A DNA stretch of 64,000 nucleotides from positions 42,615,309 through 42,679,308 of the forward strand of contig NC_068991.1 of assembly GCF_001194135.2 (NCBI RefSeq). The letters are read 5' to 3'. The notes beneath the pieces are model-generated. The model saw only the letters and a list, made by a program, of their open reading frames with translations, was not told the origin of the DNA and searched no databases. This DNA is from Octopus bimaculoides. Lineage: Eukaryota. A program made the position numbers and the translations under genes. Each line of letters opens with the position of its first letter. The first letter of the stretch is position 1. Below, piece after piece: positions 27,601-40,400 of this stretch.

Positions 27601-28510
27601 ACTGGCTTTCACACACTCTATATATTATTTTCCAGTTTAGTTATTTGCTAATCATTTGCCTAATTTATCCATGTTTTGTAAATATGGCAACTGGACAAGT
27701 TATTGTAGGTAATAAATTACTTTAAATGATCTTTTAATATTAGCATGTATGAGCATGTCTGAATAGTTTACAAGTTTAACGTTGACTTCTAAGTTGACTC
27801 TGCTAAGCTGAGTAGATTTTTTTGTTTACTGGTTACTCAGTTTGTTAACTAGTTGGTTGATAGCTATTTTACTATTTGGTTGTCTGCAAAGTCAGTTATT
27901 TGGCAATGTGTAACACTGCATGAAGAACATGCCAAGTTAGCAGTCAATTGCATGATATGCCTAATTGCATGCTTGCATGCAATATTTGTATATTGTTACA
28001 CATAGGCTATTTTCTTATAACTTGTGTGTCTACTGTGTTCAGTGCCAATTTATTTGGCTACATTACTATGTCTTCAGATTAGCAACTTTACTGTCAACTT
28101 TGGTAATCTCACTATTTGGAAAGTAACAATTTTCTTTTCTTTCAAGCATATTATAAAAGTTACATATTTCCTAGTTGGATCAATTTATATATTTTCTAAT
28201 TTCATTATTTTTTAAATTTTTTATTTTATGAATCCAACTTAAATATATAATATATAATTTGCTTGCAAAATTTTAAGTTTGTAGCTAGTTGGCTATTTCC
28301 ATTATAAACTATGGAGCATGAATTGGCTCTTAAAAGTATTTCCTGTGTTTTGCCATTTTAAATTAGCACTGTAGCTACTGCATATGTAGCCTATTGGGAT
28401 ATTATAATACTATATATATATGTGTGTGAGTATATGAGTATGTATATATGTATGCGTGTGTATATCTATGTGTGTATATGTATATATATATATGTGTGTG
28501 TGTATATATA

Positions 28511-28554
<44 letters not shown>

Positions 28555-29866
28555 CATACATACATACATACATACATACACATATATATATATATATATA
28601 TAAATATTATTTTTAAATATCCAAGGGAAATAACCCATTCGCTCCTCAAAATAACCCATTCATGTTCATAAATCATTTCGTATAAATCAAATTGGGTATG
28701 CTTATTTCTTAGCATTTGAACTATTTGAGTTATTTTCGCAATTTATCCAGTACAACGCTTAAACAAGTAAATGGTATTTTCTTAAACAATAGATCCACTT
28801 CTTTCGGTTAGTGACTTATTCACGAATATACCAACACTAGCGCCGCTGAAGGTAATATTCTCTGCGAATGTACAAAAGCTTTTTTTCAGAGTTATTTACT
28901 TTGAATTGTTATTATCTCATATCTAATTAGCCTGTTATTACGTAACATGCTTCACGATTTTAGTATACATACCTTATTAGTATCTCCTCCTAAGTTCTAT
29001 ATACTTTGGGAATGTATTAAAGCCCTTTCATGTTATTACATAATTGACTTCACAATTTGGGTATTCATAATTCATTGAGAATTCCTAAAAACAAGATCCT
29101 GTGTAAGACAGTTCAGTATTCCCAATAAATGCACAAAAACCGTTTTAAGGGCTACATACTTTGTATTTTTGTTACTGGATTAACAAAACAATTATGAGAA
29201 CAGAACTAAGGGATACCCTCGCTTGATGGGGATGCTCAGGTTGGAGGGATCAGTGGAATGGCTGGCAGGGCGAATAGAGTGCAGTATTATGGGCATGTGT
29301 TGAGGAGGGATGACGAGCATGTTCTGAGGAAGGTGCTTGAGTTTAAGGTAAATGGACTGCAAAAGCAAGGTAGACTGGGGAAAACATGGAGAGGACAGGT
29401 GGAGGAGATTAGAAGGATTGGCTTGAGAAGGGAGGACACCCAAAACCAGGCAAGATGGTGTGAGGGCGGTTGCTATGGCCATGAGGTAGAGCGGGCCACC
29501 CCTGTTAATGGAGACAAAACCCGGATTTAAAACACTGAATGATGATGATGATTTTGTTATTTCTTGACAAAAAACATGACGTCTATGACATCAACACACA
29601 TACATACAGAATACACACACATATAATGAATGTCATGGTGTGTCAATCAACACAAACACCCGTCTGCTATCTGTGACAGATCATGAGTGGAAATGCTTGA
29701 AGGGGCTTTTTGTTTTCATCTTTCCTATTTGGATTTTTGAAACACACATCCATATCCAAATAGTGGAGAAAAACCTGAATGTAGGATATATATTCATTCC
29801 CAGAATGTAGGTTGGCATAAACTATTTGAATATTAATTTTGAGTTAGAAAATCTCATGAGATTGCA

Positions 29867-29924
<58 letters not shown>

Positions 29925-32364
29925 ATATTTCACTTGGGTATTGTGAGACTAATAACCTGGTGTAGAACTCAATATCTGTATGCTTCAGAATGAAGTGTTA
30001 GACGAGTACAGAGCAGTAATAAGAAAACGAGATGACAAAGGAAAAAACGATTGTTATGAACTTCATTAGCTTACAGCTGTTTCTACTATAAGATGCAGTG
30101 GACCCTTAATTGAGTGCCTGAATAACACCTTATAGCTTCATTGGAGCCTCAAATATGAAGTCATCTTCTTGTGTATATATATATATTTATATATACAGCG
30201 TGTGGTGAATAAAGTCATCTAAATTATGCAAAAATGAAAATAACTCTGACATAAGATTACCCAAGAATATCTTGAAATACTAAGGAGGAAATTTATTCAA
30301 TGACATTGCCATTGGCTTCAACCACTGCCTCCAGACAACTTTGGAATCTCCTGCAGCTCTTCTGGACAGTCTCTTTATTTAAGTTGGTGTATGATGCCTT
30401 AATCCTTGCCTTAAGTTTGTCTTACAAGGAGTTTTGTTGGTCTCTTGTTCAATTGCACCCCACACATAATAATCAAAGGAGTTGCAGTCTGGGGAATTAG
30501 GTGGTGAGATGTTAGCGGTGATGTGGTTGCAGAAATTGTCTGACAGTCATGACTGGGTTCTCCTGCTTGTGTGGCATGGTGCAGAGTCCTGTTGTGAGAG
30601 ATAGGGTCTTCCAGCAACCACCCTCTTGACCCAGGGCAACACTATTTCCTCCACCAGGCACTTTATGTAGGCCTCTGTGTTAAGTTTGAGGCCGTGTAGG
30701 AGGATGAATAGCAGTATAACATTGCCATCACTAGTGATCACTCCAAATACCATAATGTTGACTGGATGTTTGATTTTTATCACTCTTGGTGCATATCCTT
30801 AGATTGACACCAAAACACTCTGAAATGTTCGTACTGAAGTTTCCAGTGTGAATGCCAAGCAGTACAGCATGTCGTTTCCAAATTTCTGGCAGAGTAAATT
30901 GTGTCATGGTGCTGTTTTTCTCACAGACGGTGCCCACCTGATTCTACTATACTGTGTAGTTGACAAAATCAAAAACAAACAATGCATATGCACAAACTTG
31001 AAAATATAAAATGGCAACAATTTACCCATTGCACCTCTTCGGACAGGGGAGGTCAGCCACTTCCCCTTAGTGGCTGACCTCCCCTGTTCGAAGGTTATAA
31101 TGGACACAGGTTCGTGTGTCACATAGCTAGCTAGAGGCGAATGCCTCTTGGAGCTAATCAACGGCAGCATTCGTCCTATTTCCCTGGACTGCCATGTTAG
31201 CTTGGCGATAGCTATTAATATATACATACACATGTATATCAAATATAGATTGCAAAAATCAATTTTTTTCCAGTTTCTGATTTTTCATAGCACATTCTCA
31301 ATATATCAGCCTATTCTAATATACTTTTTTAAAATAATGGAAAATCATCATCATCTTTGTTTAACATCCTCTTTCCATGCTGGCGTGGGTTGGACAGTTT
31401 GACTGAGGACTGGCAAGCCAGGAGGCTGCACCAGGTTCCAATCTGATCTGCAAGGTTTCTACAGCTGGATGCCCTTCCTAACACCAACCACTCTGAGAGT
31501 GTAGTGGGTGCTTTTTACATGCCTCTGGCACAGGGGCCAGCCAGGCAGTACTGGCATCGGCCATGCTTGAATGGTGCTTTTTATGTGCCACGCACAGGAG
31601 CCAGTCCGGTGGGACTGGCATTGACCACGCTCGAATGGTGCTTTATGCAACTAAAAATAAATAACTGCATGCTTTCATTATCCTTAACATTCATGTGATT
31701 TTAAATCCAGCATTTGCCCCAAAGAGATAAATCCTTCACTGCATATAATATTTGTATCACAATTTAGGTGGAAAATAACAATAATACATCAAGGAATTAC
31801 AAACGCTTACACTTAAACAAAAATATGTTATTCAAAAGCATTGCTGTGAAAATAATATTTTGCAAGTTTAACATGCTTCAGACTGAAGTGTAAACATATT
31901 AAAGTGCATGATACAGGAGCAGTAGTTTATGTATTGAGGTATATTTGTACATAGATGGCAATCAAGAGTTGCACAGGACTGAAGTATTTCTTAGCTATAA
32001 AGATGTAAATTTGGTAATGATAACATTGAGTTTTTTAAGCACTACCAAATGGTATTAGTAGTTGAATGTAAAGCATTAAATGCACAAATTATTTGCACAT
32101 ATACATAGAAAAATGAAAATAGAAAACTTTCTTTAAATCTGTTGACACCAACCTGCCCTTAGTTCTATGAAGCAAACTTCCTGTTTTAAAGTTATCTTGA
32201 TTAAAATCTTCCATCTAAATTTCATGCAAATTTATGTTCCAGACACCAGCCAAAAACTGACAGTTTAATAAATTGTTTGTTACTTGGAAAATATTTTGAA
32301 ACAAAGACTTCATTGCAACAGAAATACAGTAACAAAAGAGTTAAATATTACATTGAATGTTGTA

Positions 32365-32436
<72 letters not shown>

Positions 32437-34329
32437 GTACTCTTTGATCTCAGCCAAATGGCCAAGATATGAATGCGTGTCTATTTGAGTTTCCATCAAT
32501 TTTTCCCATTCACTAGTCTGAACATGGTATGGCTTGATCTATCTAATGCATATGCCTCAGTGCCACACAAATTACTGATGAGAGCCATGGACCACTTCCA
32601 GATTGCAGACAAAGTAAAAAGATTAATGAGGATATATTATAACAGTTTTGAGATGAGGTTTATAGCTGGAAATTTTACAACAGATTGACACCGATTGGAG
32701 ATTGGCATTGCTGCTGGCTGCGCAGTATCTGTTATGTGGTTTATCTTAGTCATGGAGATGATTTTGAAAGCAGTGGACTTTTTGGAAAAAATCGCCCATG
32801 TTCAATCACCTAAGAAGGCCTTCATGGATGACGTGACACTTCTATCAACAGAGGTTAGACAAGTTTGTGAAGTGGTCAAGGATGCGATTCAGAACAAAGT
32901 CGCATAGTCTGACATTTAATAAGGAAGTGCAAAGAGAATTCAAGTTTCAAATAGTCAAGGAAGAACCCGTTAAGAGCTTAGGGTGAGTATATGCCGGAAC
33001 ATTGTCATGTAGGAGTCATAGGATGAACATTATGAAACAAGCCAAGGTTGGATTAACAGTAATTGACAACTCAAAGCTGCCAGGTAGATTTAAAATTTGG
33101 TGCTTACAGTTCAGCTTGTATCTGTGACTTTCGTGGCCACTTTTAATATATGAAGTAGCACTGTCACAAGTTCAAATTATTGAACAAAAATGTAATGTGT
33201 TCACTAGAAAGTGGCTAGGCCTACCTCGGATGTTGAACAATTCAGCTCTATGTCGTAAAAGAGGCTCATTGCAGTTACTGCTAGTGTCAATAGTTAAAAT
33301 TTATCAACTAGGGAAGGTAAATGGTGATGATGCTGAGAGAGTTAAAAAACATAGAAATCAGGTGTAATCCACCAAATGTAAAAACGACCAGGAAGTGGAA
33401 AGCTGAAGCAGAGACTGATGACATTCTGTCTTACCGAGAGATGGTAGGTGCAACACAAATTCATTGGAAGGGACTTGGTTTTGGCGCAGATTGGTTCAGA
33501 CCATTTGCAAGTATGATGCAGAGCAAACGCAAATCTGTTGTTAGTAACAGCGTCAAAACAAGGGAAACAGAAAGAGAAGAGAGCTTCATTTAATCCAATG
33601 CACTCAACAAGAGCAGATGACGAGATGGGAGGAACATGTTGAGAGAAAAATAAGTCAGAATGAAATATGGAGGTGGACTACATCTTGGCTAATTTTTGTG
33701 ATTCATTCATCCTATGATGTCTTGCCATCGTCTACAAATCTAGTAAGCTGGAATGTCTCAGAGAATGATATACAAATGCAGAAAGGTCGGAACACTGAAA
33801 TATAATCTTTCCAGCTGTTCACTAGCATTGAATAGATATACATGGAAACACAACCTGGTCCTTAAGATTATCTTCAAGGCTATAAAGAAACAAATTGCTT
33901 TCATCAACAGTGGAAAAAAAAAACATTGAAAGGACCAACCAGAGATTTCATTACCTTCATGCACTCAGGACAGCAGATCTGTGTTGAGGAAGAAACTTCC
34001 TGTGAGCGTTGAAAAGTAGAACGGCTATTGGGAGGTGGCTGCAGATTTACCAGGGTGCCAAAGATTCTTTCCCATTCCATAATACAGATTTTATGATTTA
34101 GCAGTCCTTGCATGGAATTTTTGTTTCTTTTTTTTAGACAAATATTACGCTGATGAGATTCATATACATAAATGTGAATTTTTATAAATTCACTAGTGAA
34201 TATGAGTTGAAACAAAAATTGTAGGATATATATTTGTTTTAATTATTTATTATATTATATCTTTTTATAGTATAATTATATTATAATGTTAATAAATTTT
34301 TAATATGTCAATTATATTTGTCTATTTCC

Positions 34330-34407
<78 letters not shown>

Positions 34408-37400
34408 GCACACACATATAATGTGTGTGTATGTATACAACACTATTAGGTATCTGAGTAAATTCATTCTATATAAGAGAATATTTCTAGCTTTGCTCTG
34501 AAACAATTTCAACATTCTAAATCCTGATGAGAACTGCATCAAAGCTGAACAGAACCCACCTAAGTTGTAGCTATGAGCAGTCTGTAGTTAGATCTTCATA
34601 TTTCTCAGAAGTAAGTTTTGAAATATTTCCTTAAGTAGACAGCTTCATGTGCTCCATAATGTGATTTGCACTCAATACATCAGTAGATCTGTAGGTTTCC
34701 CTTAGGAGTGGTAATTCTGAAAAATTTTTATTTGCAACAATATTTTGTTCTCATATAGTGTAACTAATCTCTTAGTTTAGAAATGTGATTTTATAACGAG
34801 CAAAATTATTGTTCTGTTCCGGTGGTATTGTATAAACATATTAAGAGATGCGTTATTGATTCATGACATCACTCTTATCAGGTTTTAAATAGAGTATACA
34901 GTTACCAGATTTCATTCCAAGAAGGTCAGATTTGGTAGAACATTGTATTTTATTTTTTTTATCCATATTTGATTCATATATTTTGTGCTTTGTTTGCGCG
35001 TGCGTTTTATACACTGGCAGAGGTTTTGTTATATTAATACATAGTTATAAAATAAGCATGAATAATGGCCATTTTAAGTATTATAAGGAATAGTCACTGG
35101 AGTTATTTCCCTTGCAGCTGCAACGCAGAAGAAACGAAACAACCGGAACCCCCCGTCCAGACCTCCGCTGTTCGAAGACACAAGTAGCCAACAAGCTCCT
35201 TATGGCTATCCAAATGAAGGTAACAAAAAATAAAAGATAATAATACAGACAATGATAATTACAATAAAAAAGATATAAGTATTATAAATGTTAACGTTAT
35301 AAAATTAACTAGCATGCCTGTCTCTTCTATGTAAGTCTGTTTCTTGATGTATTTTCTTTTAGAACTGTTTAATCTGTTGTGTTTTCCCCTCTCACTGTAG
35401 GGAAACTGTTGAGGAAAGAAAAGATTCATTATCATAATTTTCATTGTAGATATTTATTTTAAGTTATAATTCTTTAAAAAAAAAAAGTTAAAATAGCATG
35501 AATTAACTCCCTTATATTTGTTCTCCGTCTCTCGTTTCTGCAAAGCAGAAATATTTCAACTTAGATAAAGAGCCGTAAATTAACAGAATCGTCAGAGCAT
35601 CGGGCTAAATACCTTGCGATATTTCTTACGACTCTTCACGCTCTGAGTTCAAATCCTGCCTAGGCCGACTTTGACTATTTATCCTTCCTGCAGAGATAAA
35701 AGTACCAGTCAAGTATTGGTGTTGAAAGTATCAACTAACCCCTCCCCTCAAACATTCCTGGTCTTTCGCCTGAATTAAAAACCTTCATTTCAACTTGGAT
35801 AAACCTTTAGCTCTACAGACTGTGGGCATGCTGAGGCACCACTTTGAATGGTTTTAGTTGAACAAATAAATCCCAGTACTTATTTTATTGGTCTCATTCG
35901 TCGAACTGCTAAGTTAAAGAGACGTAAACAAACCAGCACTGGTTGTCAAGCGGTGTTGGAAGACATACATAGATACATACAACTTATATATATCCTTATC
36001 AAAGTACTGCTTTTATGCAAGTGATGTCACACTTCCTCTGATTCAACAAGAGCTTTAAAGTTCTCGGTTGTTTACCCATGATTAGGAGGTCCTTTTCTGT
36101 GATTATATTTAACTCGGTTCCGCTGGACTTAAATTCCACTGGACTTAGATCCCACTGGACTTAGATTCCACTGCACTTCCACTCAATCCCAACGATTACA
36201 CCTGTTTTCCTGCTTCTCTCAGCTTGTTTCGAATTTATGTATAATTCTCTGTCTAACTACATGGCACCCTGGGCAAGTGTTTTCTACTTGGGCCCCAGGC
36301 TAATCAAAGCCTTGAGAGTGGATTTTGGTAGACAGAAACTTAAAGAAGCATGTCATATATATATGTATATGTTATATGCATCTGTGTGTGTATCTGTATT
36401 TGTTCCCCATCACCACTTGATAACCAGTGTTGGTTTGTTTACATCTCAAATGTAAACAAATCAGTATTCTATTGGTCTTTTTGGCAAAAGAGACCAATAG
36501 AATAAGTACTAGAGTCAATTCATTCAACTAAAACCATTCATGGTGGTGCCCCAGCATGGCTTTAGTCTAATGACTGAAACAAGTAAAAACATTGAAAGCT
36601 CCACTGATATTTTCCATACCTACATCCAACAATATTGTATTTATTAACTTTCTCTTTTTCTTGTTATTAGGTTACCCACCCAACTCTGGGCCAAACCCCT
36701 ATGGACAGCAACCCCCCAATATCAATTTCCCTGGAGGCCAACTACTCAATGACCCAATGGCCTCTATGGCAATGCAATATGGATCTTCACTTGCCGATCA
36801 AGGAAAAGAATACATGCATAAAAATGTATGGAATATCTTTATGTTTCCATTGCTATCACTACTATTGTTGTCACCATCACACTACCACCATTATTATTCA
36901 TTAACATTACTGTTACCGCCATCATCAGTCAATAACAATGCTATCATTACCACCATCATCATGATGAGTCAATAATAATGCTGTCATTACCATCGTCATC
37001 AGTCATTAACATTACTGTCATTACTTTCACTATCATTAGTTAGTGACCGTGCTGTCATTAGCACCACCATCATCAATCATTAACATTACTGTCATTACCA
37101 TCTTCATTAATCATTAACACTACTGTTATCATCATCAACATTACTGTCACAACTATCTTCATCATCAGTCATTAACATAACTGATACTTTGACCACCAGC
37201 ATCATGAGTCATCATCAGTCACTAATATGACTCTTACTACCACTTCTTATATGAGATAGCCTCTATGTGGTTACTCGGCCTGTTAGAAATAGCAACTCAG
37301 ATCTTACCATTATAGGAAAGGTCACAACAATTAATATGGTCCTGGGTTCCCTGCAGGTAGAGGAAAAGAAGGAATGATCACAGCTTGATGCTTTGGTCAT

Positions 37401-40400
37401 GGGTTTGTTAGATTAGGGTGGACCTAGAGTTAAACAGCAACAATTTTTTGTTGAAAAACTATTTATTTCTGTTGCTAAATCTGTTAGGGAAGTCAGGAAA
37501 CAAATTTCTGATCCATTATTTAAAAGAATTTTAAAACTTTATGCAAGTAGTAGTAGTCAGTTTAATGGACTGTTGACCCAACACTGCCACATCTCCTTAA
37601 TTTATGATCTTAGGCCAATGTTAGAAATCTTTGATTTATTTTTCTTCTGTCTCAGGTGGTGGAGATAATGAAGACAGTATAACACCTAACATAAAGATTT
37701 ATAGCATATATAGATTATTTTTATTTATGCTCAGTGTTATGTTTGGTAATATTATCTGTTGTATTTATATTTTATTATCTGTTATATATACATATCATCA
37801 CCATCATCATCATCATCATTTAACATCTCTTTTTCATGCTGGTATGGGTTGGATGGTTTGACAGGAGCTAGCAAGCCAGAGGGCTGCACCTAGCTCTAGT
37901 TGCCTTTTGGCATGGTTTTGTACAGCTGGATGCCTTTCCTAATGCCAACTACTTTACAAAGTGTACTAAGTGTTTTTTATGTGGCACCATTACCAACAAG
38001 ATCACCAAGTACTTTGAGAAGCAAAAACTCCTAAACTGGAAGGGAGGACAAGGATTGAGGGTGGTGACTTTATGCCAGTTGAGAGATCAAAGGTATAGAG
38101 AGAGGGACAGTGATAGGTGTCATGCTATAGAGTAGCTACATAATTATCCCAGTTTGAAAAGAAAGTAGAGTGAGTTACAGAGTAAGATAAAGAGAGCAAT
38201 GGTGAGAAAGATGTGTTGGAACCTGTCCTCGAGGGATATTGGGAGTGATGAGAATAGATGAGGTAATACTGAGGTTTGAACTGGGTAGGATAGAGGGGAC
38301 TAGCAAATAGTGGAGAGAATTATAGGAGAGGCTTGGGGACTGGGTTTGTGGTAGATATGTGAAGTTATATTAACTGAGTGTTTAATACCTATAGTTATTA
38401 ACATATTTAGGCCAGATGAAAATAGACATGGCTATGAATTCCAAGCTAAAGGCCACATATTTCTGCTTAATAGATTTTTTGTTTTATCTTAAGTAAAAGA
38501 CATGATCATGCAGATTTAAATTTTATTGTTTAATGTTAAAATAACTTCTCTTTTACAGATAGAAAAGTATGTCTCCACGTCCAAACTGAAATACTATTTT
38601 GCAGTGGACACCAGTTACGTTGGCAAGAAACTCACTCTTCTCCTATTCCCCTACTCACATACAGTAAGTTGCTAACAACAGAAAGAATATTTTTCAATAT
38701 ATTAACATAAAATATGCAGATAGTAATGGCCTATCACCATGTAGCTTATTGAGTCACAAATTTATATCTTAATGCAAGTTTATCATTGTTTTCTAGAGGC
38801 TTTCCTTTGCAAACATCTTATACTTAATTACTCCTATTTAAAATTTTTTATTTTATTTCTTTACTGTTGTAGAGCAATAGAGTTACTACAGGGTGTGGAA
38901 ACCGACTAAGTTTTTAAAGCTACTTAACATACTTCTAAGGTTAATTGTGATGTACCTTTTTGTTTCTGAACCTGCTATTATTTGTAATTTTTCTCTATTC
39001 CCAATAATTGGAAGTAAAATTTATAACATTATCCAGATTATTTGAAAAATAAAATAGAACTCACTATTGATAATAATATCTCCTTTTTAACCATAAGTTA
39101 AATGTAATTAAACGTAGTGCTAAAATTGTTTCTTTCTTAATAATCGTTTCAGTAAAAGTTTCAGAAATTGTACATCTTAGTTTAAAAATATGTCTGATCT
39201 ATTGGTAAGATAACTGCATTTCTAGTGAAGGATACTTTATAGCTGTGGTTCTTTATCTTTTGTAGCTTAGTGCCATTTTCATGAAATACCAAAAGAAAAG
39301 CCATTTTATTTTATTTTAATGGCTAATTTTGTATAGTAGTATATTATTCCACCTAGTATGTATTTCATTTTGAGATGATTGCATGGGTTATTTGAAACTT
39401 TTATGAAAATTACTAAAGAAGATGCTGACTTTTAGAATGAAATTATATTGGGCTTTGGTACTTCATCAGTCAGATTTCGGCATACAACACAATATCCTAC
39501 TCCTATTATAATCCAGAGAATTTTTTTTTTTTAAGTGTTTAAAATAAGTAGTATTCCTGATTTAAATATTTTATTTCTAAGAAAACTTCTAACAACTCTA
39601 AACACCCTGCTCGTCTTTGCGAGTTCACACTGCCCCAAGGGTGTGTTACTGCTCAGGTTTAACCACTGCTCTCAGTCTGAAAATATTTACTCTCAAAGCT
39701 ACATGAACCAAAACACAGTTATCTGATTTTTCAAGAAAATTAAACATCTGTAAGAAATTTGAATTTTTGACATATGAGTTTGCAGTCCCAAACCATTTTA
39801 TGTCTGCCACTGACTAATAGTGATATGCAATTTTTTGCAAAACATCAAAGGACTGGAAGAGCTATTCAATGGAACCCTAATGATATATATTTTGAATTGT
39901 ATATGATTAATAATCAAGGTTAGTTAAATCTGTTGACTTCAAATATTACACTATGTTCTGATCATGTCTTTAGAAGTGAGCATTCTTTGAGTAGACAGTC
40001 TATAATGGACCAATTCCTTTAGCTTTGTATGGTTGCATTATCTGAAATAAATTTATAGAAAAAAGTTTTAAATATTCGTAAATTTTTTTCATATTTTTTC
40101 TCCCTCATCTGAAATCTCTATTTTACTTTGCTATCTTTAATTACCAGGATTGGTCAATTCATTTTAGTCCAGGGGAACTTGTGGCACCAAAAGATGAGCT
40201 TAATGCTCCAGATCTTTACATACCTGGTAAGTAATCTTACTTTCAGATTTGGTTTATAGAACAGAATCATGAAACATTTTCTTGCAGTTGTGGAATAGAT
40301 GAGCTTTAACACTGTACAAAGGAATACTGATATCTGTTGAGATTTATGTTAATCAGATATTTATTCTCTTTGTAAACAAAGAAAAATGTTGTCATTACTT

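Noticed and set aside
30060-30110. Possible hammerhead ribozyme (GAAACAGCTGTAAG on the - strand); also CTGATGA hits at about 9733 and 34524
   Set aside because: The CUGANGA and GAAA cores do not co-occur around a valid stem II in any of them.
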